The notes under the pieces: model-generated | What the model was told of the DNA's origin: nothing | Database searches by the model: none | The model's input: only the letters and a program-made list of their open reading frames with translations | In this document: positions 9,214-17,578 of the stretch, piece after piece | Position numbering within the stretch: position 1 is the first letter of the stretch | Layout: each line of letters begins with the position of its first letter | Position numbers and translations under genes: made by a program | IMG/VR virus record: IMGVR_UViG_3300017766_004165 | Location: 4,655-68,654 of that record | Reading direction: 5' to 3' (one strand) | Length of the DNA stretch: 64,000 bases | Source of the DNA: a virus

Positions 9214-9984
9214 TTATGCCGCAATTTTTTCTGTTCTTTCTTCTTCAATTTCTTCGCTTTCCTGAACGCTTGCACTTTTATTTTCCTGGAGGATGACATA
9301 TTCTTTTAATTGTTGTGGGTAATCTGATTGCCAAAATTGACCTGAATCAATATCCATAATACTTAAAGGCCCACCTTTTCCAGATCCAGTATCTACGTTT
9401 ATAACTCCACCACCATGAAAAGGTTTATAAAGTCCGTAATACAAAGTTGGTGTATGGCCAATAAAAACTTTTTTATAGTTTGTTAAAGGTGTTTTATTCT
9501 TATCAATTAGAGCTTTATAAGCTGCATTAACAAGATCCCTATCCCAAACAAGATAAGATTCTGATTGCATTTCAATAGGCTCTGAAGGATCAAATCCACC
9601 ATGTACAAACAAAATGTTATCATCTGTCACATAATAAGGTTTCATCTTATCAAAAATCTTAATAGTGTAATACTCTTGTTGATCTTCAGTAAGATTATTC
9701 CATTTATTTTCTGTTGCTTGAACTCCATTAGCAGGATAAAGTGCAAGAATGTTTTTCTTACCTTTTATATATTGTATAAAAGTCTGGTCATGATTTCCTA
9801 AAATAAGAACTAAATTCTTGATTTTCAGTAATTCATCCATACATAAGAAAGGTTCTGGCCCTCTATCTACAATATCTCCTACTTGAATTAAAAGGTCATT
9901 TTTATAATCAAAGTTAACTTTTTCAAGCACTTCTTTAAGATACCCAACTTCTCCGTGAATATCTCCTAATACAAATCTTCTCAT
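9214..9984 (-). CDS. PPP-family Ser/Thr protein phosphatase (lambda PPase / ApaH-like)
   Basis: GDIHGE, VGDIVDRGPE, LGNHD and VHGG match the PPP phosphatase signature. Confidence 0.7.
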   Translation of the reverse strand: MRRFVLGDIHGEVGYLKEVLEKVNFDYKNDLLIQVGDIVDRGPEPFLCMDELLKIKNLVLILGNHDQTFIQYIKGKKNILALYPANGVQATENKWNNLTEDQQEYYTIKIFDKMKPYYVTDDNILFVHGGFDPSEPIEMQSESYLVWDRDLVNAAYKALIDKNKTPLTNYKKVFIGHTPTLYYGLYKPFHGGGVINVDTGSGKGGPLSIMDIDSGQFWQSDYPQQLKEYVILQENKSASVQESEEIEEERTEKIAA

Positions 9985-10370
9985 TTTTGGTTTAATTTAT
10001 CAGTTAAGTTAAACGTAAGTGTTTTTCGAGCTTCTTTTAAAGGTATATCATTCTTGATGAATTCCACAATTCTATTGTGTCCTTTTACAGCTTCATCATA
10101 AGTACAATATCTTTCCTGATACTCATTAAGATCAGGATTATTTGAGAATGTCATAGTTTCAAAGACAACAGGTAATTGATCTTGATCAGTGCCAAATCTG
10201 TGATCCAGACCCAAAAATACAGTAGAAATCCTGGTATTGTATTTTTCAACAATTAATGTGTCATCTACTCTTCTTTCAGTTCCTTCAAATTGTCTGGCCC
10301 ATTCCATAGCATCTTCTCCTATTGACACAACTTCTTTATTCTCATTCAGTATGTAAAACATCGGTTTCAT
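9981..10370 (-). CDS. hypothetical protein
   Basis: 129-aa ORF, 4-nt overlap with the phosphatase gene. Confidence 0.35.
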   Translation of the reverse strand: MKPMFYILNENKEVVSIGEDAMEWARQFEGTERRVDDTLIVEKYNTRISTVFLGLDHRFGTDQDQLPVVFETMTFSNNPDLNEYQERYCTYDEAVKGHNRIVEFIKNDIPLKEARKTLTFNLTDKLNQK

Positions 10371-10938
10371 CGTTCCATAAATTAGCCATTTCTAATAGGG
10401 TTATTACTTCATTTTTGATGGTATCTCCATCAGCACCAGTATAAAGCTCTGGCCCACTTGAAAATTCTTTTTCTGGATCAAGCTGTTCTGACATAATCAA
10501 ATCAATTTTACGAACATTAACTCTCTCTGTTAAACGCATATGTTTAGTAGGATCGTTATGTTCACAATAATCAAAATAATTTTGTATAGTGGAGCTAAAA
10601 TCGCAAATAATATTCTTTTTTGGGTCATCTTTATGTATAATATAGTTCCAGCAATGGTTGTAACTCCCTTCAAGATCACTATCAAAGTGTCCTTCCCATG
10701 CTTGGACTTTTACATAATCATCTGGCATTCTCTCTTCAATAATAAAAGAGTTTAAAATAGCAGCTTGCTTACAAAAATTTCCTTGCCATTGTAAGAAGAG
10801 CTTTGGATTAGAAGCAAATAGCAATCCTGGTAAGATCTTTTTTGTAAAAACAGCCAGTATATGCTCTAGCTTCTCAAGTTGATTCATTTTTCTCATTATC
10901 AATACTTTATGAGGAAATCCTGTCGCAAATATATACAA
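10342..10938 (-). CDS. hypothetical protein
   Basis: 198-aa ORF; no motif. Confidence 0.35.
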   Translation of the reverse strand: MYIFATGFPHKVLIMRKMNQLEKLEHILAVFTKKILPGLLFASNPKLFLQWQGNFCKQAAILNSFIIEERMPDDYVKVQAWEGHFDSDLEGSYNHCWNYIIHKDDPKKNIICDFSSTIQNYFDYCEHNDPTKHMRLTERVNVRKIDLIMSEQLDPEKEFSSGPELYTGADGDTIKNEVITLLEMANLWNDETDVLHTE

Positions 10939-10973
10939 TACTTGCGACAGATCCTCTGGTTTTTCAAGGAAAA

Positions 10974-11675
10974 TTATTTTCTCCGGTCTCTAGCTCCTTG
11001 AGGCTTTCCGGTATTTGTACTTTGATCATGGTGATCTGGAAATTTAATATCTTCATTCTGAAGAATTAATAAAATTTCATTCCAACAAAAAGGTCTGGCT
11101 TCTCCAAGAATTCTTATAGCTGCATCTACTCCACAATCCATAGATTTACCATATTCAGGTAAAGAATCATGAGAGTGACCATATAAATGTAACCATCCTT
11201 TATGAGATCCATGCCATATTCTGTGAGAATAGTGACTTAAAACTACTATTTCTCCATTAATTTTTACTTCTTTGTAATGAGATACAGAAGTAAATAGTTC
11301 TTTAGCAAAAACAAATTCAGGATCGTATCCTGGAATTCCATCTACTATTTGTCCATCTACTGTGTATTTACAATTAGGAAGAGGTTTATTTTCTTCTATG
11401 TGATGATCGTGATTACCAAGAATGAGATGAATATTCTGACAATTTAGTTGTTTTCTAAATCTCCAGATGTTTTCTATTCCGCCAAAACTCCAATCTCCAA
11501 GATGATATAAAACATCATCGTGTTTTACAACTCTGTTAATTTGTTTGACAAGTTCTTGATTCATATCTTCTATTGAAGAAAAGTTTCTGTATCCACTCTT
11601 CCATCTGCTAGAGTTTTTACCAGCAATATTAGCATGACCAAAATGTGTATCTGAAGTAAAAAATATATTACTCAT
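10974..11675 (-). CDS. calcineurin-like metallophosphoesterase (paralog 3), candidate 3'-phosphatase / 2',3'-cyclic phosphodiesterase of the RNA-repair cassette
   Basis: Motifs SDTHFGH, GDWSFG, GNHDHH and GHSH; overlaps the kinase gene by 8 nt, which suggests an operon. Confidence 0.65.
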   Translation of the reverse strand: MSNIFFTSDTHFGHANIAGKNSSRWKSGYRNFSSIEDMNQELVKQINRVVKHDDVLYHLGDWSFGGIENIWRFRKQLNCQNIHLILGNHDHHIEENKPLPNCKYTVDGQIVDGIPGYDPEFVFAKELFTSVSHYKEVKINGEIVVLSHYSHRIWHGSHKGWLHLYGHSHDSLPEYGKSMDCGVDAAIRILGEARPFCWNEILLILQNEDIKFPDHHDQSTNTGKPQGARDRRK

Positions 11676-12216
11676 TTATGATTTGGTTTGGAAACTTCTC
11701 AATGACATACTTAATAATGCCAGGAAGAGAAGCTATTTGTTTATCAATATAATCAAGTTTGTTCCAACCTATTGGAGCATCTCTGACATTAACTCTTTGT
11801 TTAAGAAAATGTGCATTTGATTCAGTGAATAGTTTAAAACTAAAACTTATTTGATTTTCAGCAGTTTCATCATCATTCCAATAGTTGATAAAATCTACCC
11901 ATCTCGTAATATACGAGGGTTTAAGATTGGTATTGTCAATAATTACATCAAAACCTTTAAGTAACGCCTGGACAAAAGTATATTCTTCCATTTTGTTAAT
12001 CAAGTCTTCCGTAGGATTGAGGAATTTTGATTGGTAATAACCATCTAAAGTTCCTTTCAGGCATTGTCTAAAGTCATCTCTGTTTATCCTTACGGTTCTT
12101 GGAAAGGTTTTAATGTAATTTTTGCTCCAAGTAGATTTACCTGAACCACTGACACCAACATTAATGATTATGTTCATGGATTGTTGGAAATTTAATTGTG
12201 AATATTTTTCTTTCAA
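11668..12216 (-). CDS. pnk: polynucleotide 5'-kinase (T4 Pnk kinase-domain homolog, without the HAD phosphatase domain)
   Basis: NVGVSGSGKSTW...INRDDFRQ...IIDNTNLKP closely parallels the T4 Pnk N-terminal kinase domain (GCPGSGKSTW, NRDDYRQ, ISDTNLNP). The true start is probably the internal Met at MNIIINVG. Confidence 0.8.
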   Translation of the reverse strand: MKEKYSQLNFQQSMNIIINVGVSGSGKSTWSKNYIKTFPRTVRINRDDFRQCLKGTLDGYYQSKFLNPTEDLINKMEEYTFVQALLKGFDVIIDNTNLKPSYITRWVDFINYWNDDETAENQISFSFKLFTESNAHFLKQRVNVRDAPIGWNKLDYIDKQIASLPGIIKYVIEKFPNQIINE

Positions 12217-12469
12217 ATTTTCTGGGTACTTTCTCGGTGTTTATCCTATAAGTTTTTCCACCTTTAGGGCCAACTTGTACACCAATTATAAGTTCTCCAC
12301 TTTTAACCATATTATATAACATAGCTGAGATAGTAGAACTATTTGCTGATAATCCTCTTCTTTCAAGAAGTTTACATAAGTTGGCAGTTCCAATAGCTCC
12401 ATAAGACTTAAGTATTTCCAGGATTGCTTTCTTCCGTTGAACTTCCTTCATTGCTTTCAGTTTGATCAT
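12161..12469 (-). CDS. winged-helix DNA-binding protein
   Basis: 102 aa; pattern STISAMLYNMVKSGEL...KGGKTYRI resembles a MarR/ArsR-like recognition helix and wing; lies between the ligase and kinase genes. Confidence 0.4.
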   Translation of the reverse strand: MIKLKAMKEVQRKKAILEILKSYGAIGTANLCKLLERRGLSANSSTISAMLYNMVKSGELIIGVQVGPKGGKTYRINTEKVPRKFERKIFTIKFPTIHEHNH

Positions 12470-13772
12470 CTTCCATATTTACCATCTCTTTATCCAGAGC
12501 TTTGGACTCATATTCAAGGAATTTTTTAGATTTGATTTTAAATGTTTCAGCTTTTGGATATGAGCTGTCAATTCTTATACAAAATCCTTCCTCAACTACA
12601 TTAGGATCAAAAATAGAAGGTTTTTCAAGAAGACGGTTATAAAATATTCTGGTCATTGGTTCTTCAAAGTCTACATAAGTTTGGCCATTATCATATTTTT
12701 CAATAAACTGACCAAATGTACCCTTAAAAAATTCAGGAACTACATCTAATCCCAATTGACCACATCTGATTTTCATTTGCTCGTAAGAAAGATCTACTTC
12801 AATACCCTGAGCATTGATATTAGCAATTCTGTAAACAAATATGGTTGGTGATTCCCAGCCATAACTGTATCCACCTTGAATTTCTTCTCCAGTATATGTT
12901 TTACCACAAATCTCATAATACACTGATTCTCCCTTATTTAACTTGTCTTGAAACCAAATTTTTGCAACTTCAGACCAAAGATCTCCAGATTTAAAGAAAT
13001 GGTTCTTGTTAGGAAGTTCTTCAAAACCAACAGATTTAACACATCTTCTGCTGCATACTGCGTAATCATAATCCTCCGTAACTACTTCTACACCTAACCA
13101 TTTGGCGAGTTTAGCTTTCCAGTTAAGTTTCTTTTTTACCAGTACATTGTATGTTCTGGCAGAAGTACCATGAAGTTTATAACTTACTACAATAGGAGTA
13201 TCCAGAGTGAACTTGTGCAAATTACGCATAAGATGACCTGTATCTGGATGCTCAGGAGCTTGTTTTTTGTCAATAATCTGATCAAGAATACCTTCTTTTG
13301 CACTTTTAGGGTTACCTGATGCCTGATTTCTTTTTCTTACGTATTTTCTGCATACCTCGTATCCAGAAATTTCATTGAACTCATCACCAAGAGAAAGTCC
13401 AGATCCTCCAGAAATTATTTCAAAAGAACTAATAGGAATAATAAATCCAGAAGAAATAACACCTTTAAATTTAATAGCTTTTACTCTTCTGTTGTCTTCA
13501 AAAAATCCTTTTTGATTAGGATCTCTATTAAGATTTTCATGTCTGTATAAGTTATTTTGATGTAAGAAATCATGTGAAAGTTGACTTTCAGCAGGAAAAA
13601 ACAAATAAAGATCATCAGGATTACTGTCTTTACTTACAAGTACAGAATTACCCTGATAATTGACTTCTACTAAGTTATCAAGACCTTTTATTGGTACTTT
13701 AGTAGGAAGTTTAATGACTTGGCAAGTATAGTTCTTGCTATCATCATAAATTTTTAAAACACTTTTTGCCAT
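12408..13772 (-). CDS. RNA ligase (Rnl2-like nucleotidyltransferase) with an N-terminal extension
   Basis: YKLHGTS matches the KxHGT adenylyltransferase motif I of T4 Rnl2; C-terminal EGFCIRID resembles motif IV (EGxVxK). Confidence 0.6.
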   Translation of the reverse strand: MAKSVLKIYDDSKNYTCQVIKLPTKVPIKGLDNLVEVNYQGNSVLVSKDSNPDDLYLFFPAESQLSHDFLHQNNLYRHENLNRDPNQKGFFEDNRRVKAIKFKGVISSGFIIPISSFEIISGGSGLSLGDEFNEISGYEVCRKYVRKRNQASGNPKSAKEGILDQIIDKKQAPEHPDTGHLMRNLHKFTLDTPIVVSYKLHGTSARTYNVLVKKKLNWKAKLAKWLGVEVVTEDYDYAVCSRRCVKSVGFEELPNKNHFFKSGDLWSEVAKIWFQDKLNKGESVYYEICGKTYTGEEIQGGYSYGWESPTIFVYRIANINAQGIEVDLSYEQMKIRCGQLGLDVVPEFFKGTFGQFIEKYDNGQTYVDFEEPMTRIFYNRLLEKPSIFDPNVVEEGFCIRIDSSYPKAETFKIKSKKFLEYESKALDKEMVNMEDDQTESNEGSSTEESNPGNT

Positions 13773-13956
13773 CCTAATGATTTTTTAAGTTCTTCTACGT
13801 CTTTGATTTGTTTTTCACATACGGTGCGTAGAACCTCTGCGAATGGACGTTGTAATGAAGACACTATCATCCCGATAGCCTCTTTCTTTTGTTTTGTTTC
13901 AATTTCATTGGAAATTTTGTCCATGTTTTCCAAGAAGGAGAAAAAAGCAGCTTTTT

Positions 13957-14337
13957 TCATAATTTTTCAAAAATACAAAAACTATCAAGACCAACATTAG
14001 CAGTTATAAAGTGACCATTTGAAATCCTTTTTAAAGGACAGTACCAAAAACTACCTTTATATGTAGTTGACGAACTTTCCTGACGATAATACATTGGATT
14101 TTCTGTTAACTCATATTCTTCATGTAAAACAAGTTGTTCTTTATGGTTAGGTTCTAAGTGTTCATTACTATTAAAATTTGAATAAGGATTACAATAGTTA
14201 ACAATAGATCCTTTTTTTATAACTGATTGAGTTGATGTTTTGTTTATAGAAGTTAATGCTGTTGTTTTTCCTTTACTTTTTACTTTAAATTTAAACATAA
14301 TTGTTAGTTTTAATAAAAAACCCAGGATAGAAATCAC
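13957..14337 (-). CDS. hypothetical protein
   Basis: 126-aa ORF. Confidence 0.3.
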   Translation of the reverse strand: MISILGFLLKLTIMFKFKVKSKGKTTALTSINKTSTQSVIKKGSIVNYCNPYSNFNSNEHLEPNHKEQLVLHEEYELTENPMYYRQESSSTTYKGSFWYCPLKRISNGHFITANVGLDSFCIFEKL

Positions 14338-14376
14338 CGGGTTTAAAAGGAGGCATATATGAATGACTAAACAAAA

Positions 14377-14853
14377 TTATTTTCCAGTATGGCCAAATCC
14401 GCCTTCACCTCTAATGCTATCTTCCAAATCCTCTACTTCGATAAATTTCATATGAATATTTACCTCAATTGAAGATTGAACTATTCGATCTCCTACTTTA
14501 TAAGGAAATTCCTCATAACTTAGGGTAGTTCCACTCATTTTAGAGTTTACTCCCACAGGAATAGCTTCAAATTTAGACATCCATTCTCCTCTGTAATCAG
14601 AGTCTATCTGACCAGGAGAATTTGCCATAACCCATGATTTATGGGTAAAAGAGCTTCTTGGTTGAATTAATACCTTATAACCATCAGGAATCTGAGCAGC
14701 AAAACCATACTTTACAGTCACTTTATTTTCATCTTCGTAGATAATTTCGGTGGCTACTAAGTCTACACAAGCTGAACCCGGTGTTGCATATTGTGGAATT
14801 ACTGCATTTTTATGTATTCTTTTAAACTTAATAGGAACTGCAAGTCTTTTCAT
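14377..14853 (-). CDS. dut: dUTP pyrophosphatase
   Basis: dUTPase motifs SACVDL, GQIDSDYRGEW and RGEGGFGHTGK. Confidence 0.85.
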   Translation of the reverse strand: MKRLAVPIKFKRIHKNAVIPQYATPGSACVDLVATEIIYEDENKVTVKYGFAAQIPDGYKVLIQPRSSFTHKSWVMANSPGQIDSDYRGEWMSKFEAIPVGVNSKMSGTTLSYEEFPYKVGDRIVQSSIEVNIHMKFIEVEDLEDSIRGEGGFGHTGK

Positions 14854-14856
14854 GAT

Positions 14857-15450
14857 TTATTTTTTAGATGTTAGTTGTTTTTCGAGTTTGTTAAAAGCTT
14901 CAATATATGCCGCAACTTCACATAATGTACGATTAGGATATATTTCTTTTGAAGATTCATTACTTTCTGGTGTATATATCCAGTGTTGATCAGAACCAAT
15001 AATATTTACAAAAATCTTTTTAGAATCAAAAAAGTTGTATGTAACTGTTCTTGGAGAGTACATAAATACTCCCATGATAGTTTCATCATCCATTTCTCCT
15101 ACATTGGTTCTTTCATTCATGAACTTTACCAGCTCATTATAAGATTCTGGCCAAGTTCTTTTAATTTTAATACTATTAAATGCTACAATTTCATTATCTA
15201 AAGCAGCAGCAACGTATTTTTCTAAGCTGTCAAATATTTGTTCTTCGTTTAGGATATTGGTAGATTTGGTAGGTGCAGTTTTAGAACTTTTTTGTCCTTC
15301 ACTTTCCCCAACCATTTCAGTTCCTCTTGTTTTTGCATTTCTATCATCATGTGATACCTGTTCTCTTCCAATTTCTGTATTTGGAGAAACTTCTGCATCA
15401 GGACTTCTTCTTCCAATATCATTTCCGGTGTTATCTCTTTCATCAGCCAT
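14857..15450 (-). CDS. hypothetical protein (acidic N-terminus)
   Basis: 197-aa ORF. Confidence 0.35.
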   Translation of the reverse strand: MADERDNTGNDIGRRSPDAEVSPNTEIGREQVSHDDRNAKTRGTEMVGESEGQKSSKTAPTKSTNILNEEQIFDSLEKYVAAALDNEIVAFNSIKIKRTWPESYNELVKFMNERTNVGEMDDETIMGVFMYSPRTVTYNFFDSKKIFVNIIGSDQHWIYTPESNESSKEIYPNRTLCEVAAYIEAFNKLEKQLTSKK

Positions 15451-15460
15451 TGTTATAATT

Positions 15461-16078
15461 TTATAGTGGAATGATTTTATTTACGTTAAAAATAAGATCT
15501 GAGTCTCCTGGTTTTTCCCAGAGTTCAAGCTTGTCATCAAGCTCAATAAGACCCAATCTTTCCATCCAGAAGTTTTTTAGCCATTCAGTTTTATTGAATA
15601 TATGGTAATAAAGTGTCCACTCTTTACCTACTCTGATTTTTTTGCTATTAAAAACATCTCTGGATATAGGGAATTTCTCTTTAAAGCCTTCTGAGAGCTT
15701 AGAGTACATACCTTTGGTTACGTGATCGTAATCTTGAGTATATTTTTCGGGAAAGTCAATGACTACCATAGAATAGTCATTTACTAACTCGTATGAGAAA
15801 ACTATCTGTGAAGGAACAATAGCTAAATCACCAACTACTTTTTTCATTTCATTGACATTAAGTTTGTTATTTTTAAATAACAGAAATAAAAATCTTTGAT
15901 TCTCACCCAATGTAATAATATTATTAATATTTGGATCAGAAGTGTAGCTATCTACGTATCCTATTTTTCTGAGCATATCAAAATTGTCTCCAAAAATGAA
16001 TTTAGTCAGAAATACAGTAGTTTTATTAAATAAATCTTGTTTTTGTTGTTCGGTATTAGAACTTACCTGTTTTTCCAT
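15461..16078 (-). CDS. hypothetical protein
   Basis: 205-aa ORF. Confidence 0.35.
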   Translation of the reverse strand: MEKQVSSNTEQQKQDLFNKTTVFLTKFIFGDNFDMLRKIGYVDSYTSDPNINNIITLGENQRFLFLLFKNNKLNVNEMKKVVGDLAIVPSQIVFSYELVNDYSMVVIDFPEKYTQDYDHVTKGMYSKLSEGFKEKFPISRDVFNSKKIRVGKEWTLYYHIFNKTEWLKNFWMERLGLIELDDKLELWEKPGDSDLIFNVNKIIPL

Positions 16079-16302
16079 ATCTATACCCTTTTACATAGTC
16101 ATCAGAAGATTCGTTGAAATCTGTATCATTTTCAGCATCAAGTAGTCCTTGAAGAAAACCAGGAACATCTTTAATACCAAGCTTTATTAACTCAGCAATT
16201 CCAATAGTTTTTACTTCCTTGTATCCTTCTTCATCTACTTGAAGACTATCAACTATAACTTCATCAATTTGTGATTTTTCTACCATAATAATTGTTTATT
16301 GT

Positions 16303-17118
16303 TTAGAATTTTCCAGCAGGTTCGTGTTTAGTCTGAGACTCAACTGCAACCTTTTGAAGTTTAAGTAATTTGTAGTTTAACCTAATTTGAGCTTTCGCTT
16401 CTTCTGGTGATAAACAATTTTTCTGGTACTCTTTTAAAATGACCTTAATACATTGAAATGGGGTCATTTTCTTTTGGATAAGAGCTTGTGCTTTTTTTGG
16501 GCCATATCCTCTCAAGCATGGAATTCCATCAGCAGCATCTCCCATAATCATTTGAATAGCCAAATTATATCTGGCAGTTTCTTCATCAATGACATGAAAT
16601 TTGTTTTTTTGGTAATCATAGTGTAATCCTGGTATTTGAAGTAAATCTTTATCTACTGAACAGATAATAGTCCTACCCTGATATTCAGGAAGTTGAGAGT
16701 AGCTAAAAACGTAATCATCGCTTTCAGCATTGTGGGCTTCAATTGCATCAAAGTTATCCACAAGGTACTTGTTCAAAACGTCTATAATAGGATGCTTTTC
16801 CGGTCTGTTCTTCTTGTATTCAGGAAAAATCTTATATCTAAAGTTGTTACTACCTTTCACAAAAACATAATACTTTTCTACATTATAGGAATTTCCTACT
16901 ATGTTAAGTATATCGTATATTTTTTCTGAAAGTTTAGTCTCTGAAAGAATTTGATCTTCTTCCGAGCCATAACTACTAAAGTACATAAGACTATCTGAGT
17001 CAATTAGTACAACCTTGTTTTCTGTGTTGTCAACAGTTAACTTGCTTTTTGTTCCTATCATAAACAAAATAAAATTTAAAGAAGTTTTGCTGGCTGAGTA
17101 ATCTACCTGACTACCCAC
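16303..17118 (-). CDS. 5'-3' exonuclease / flap endonuclease (T4 RNase H / Pol I 5'-nuclease family)
   Basis: N-terminal VVLIDSDSLMYF, the DKDL motif, and helix-hairpin-helix GIPCLRGYGPKKAQAL. Confidence 0.75.
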   Translation of the reverse strand: MGSQVDYSASKTSLNFILFMIGTKSKLTVDNTENKVVLIDSDSLMYFSSYGSEEDQILSETKLSEKIYDILNIVGNSYNVEKYYVFVKGSNNFRYKIFPEYKKNRPEKHPIIDVLNKYLVDNFDAIEAHNAESDDYVFSYSQLPEYQGRTIICSVDKDLLQIPGLHYDYQKNKFHVIDEETARYNLAIQMIMGDAADGIPCLRGYGPKKAQALIQKKMTPFQCIKVILKEYQKNCLSPEEAKAQIRLNYKLLKLQKVAVESQTKHEPAGKF

Positions 17119-17149
17119 TTACGAACCTTTCAGCTACCAGCAAGATTGC

Positions 17150-17539
17150 TTAAGCAACTTCTTTTTGGTTAATTAAAAGATATTTAAAATCATTATAAGG
17201 CATTGTAACAAAATTATGATATTTTTTTCTATCTGTAATTTTGTGTATCAACATCTTAGGGTATTGATGAACAGGGTCTTTAGGTTCAAAGTTTGCTTTA
17301 AGTAAGTCTTCCATTTCCTGAAAAATTTCTTCAGGTTTTGGTCTGGCTTTTGCATAACCTGATTTAGTTTGCACTAAATATGGGATTCCGGCAATGTCAA
17401 CTTTGCAATTGTCAAGAATTCTAGAGGCAAACCTGGAAGTTTTTGCAAACTTAAATCCAAGTTCATCCCTAAACATCTTCGCTATTTCCCTCTCAAAATT
17501 ATGCCCTTTTGTTCTTGCATTAACTCTTTTCCCGGTCAT
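17150..17539 (-). CDS. Holliday-junction resolvase-like PD-(D/E)xK nuclease (Hjc-like)
   Basis: TKGHNFEREIAKMFRDELGFKF parallels archaeal Hjc RKGSAVERNIVSRLRDKGF; downstream VDIAG...LVQTKSG could supply the D/E-x-K residues. Confidence 0.45.
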   Translation of the reverse strand: MTGKRVNARTKGHNFEREIAKMFRDELGFKFAKTSRFASRILDNCKVDIAGIPYLVQTKSGYAKARPKPEEIFQEMEDLLKANFEPKDPVHQYPKMLIHKITDRKKYHNFVTMPYNDFKYLLINQKEVA

Positions 17540-17578
17540 TAGCTGTTCATTTGTTAAAAAATCTGATTTCTTTTATCT

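Noticed and set aside
9096-9299. 67-aa basic ORF overlapping the end of the PPP phosphatase gene
   Set aside because: It overlaps the 9214-9984 gene by 85 nt in another frame. The Lys-rich composition is expected for AT-rich frames and it is not needed to explain the region.
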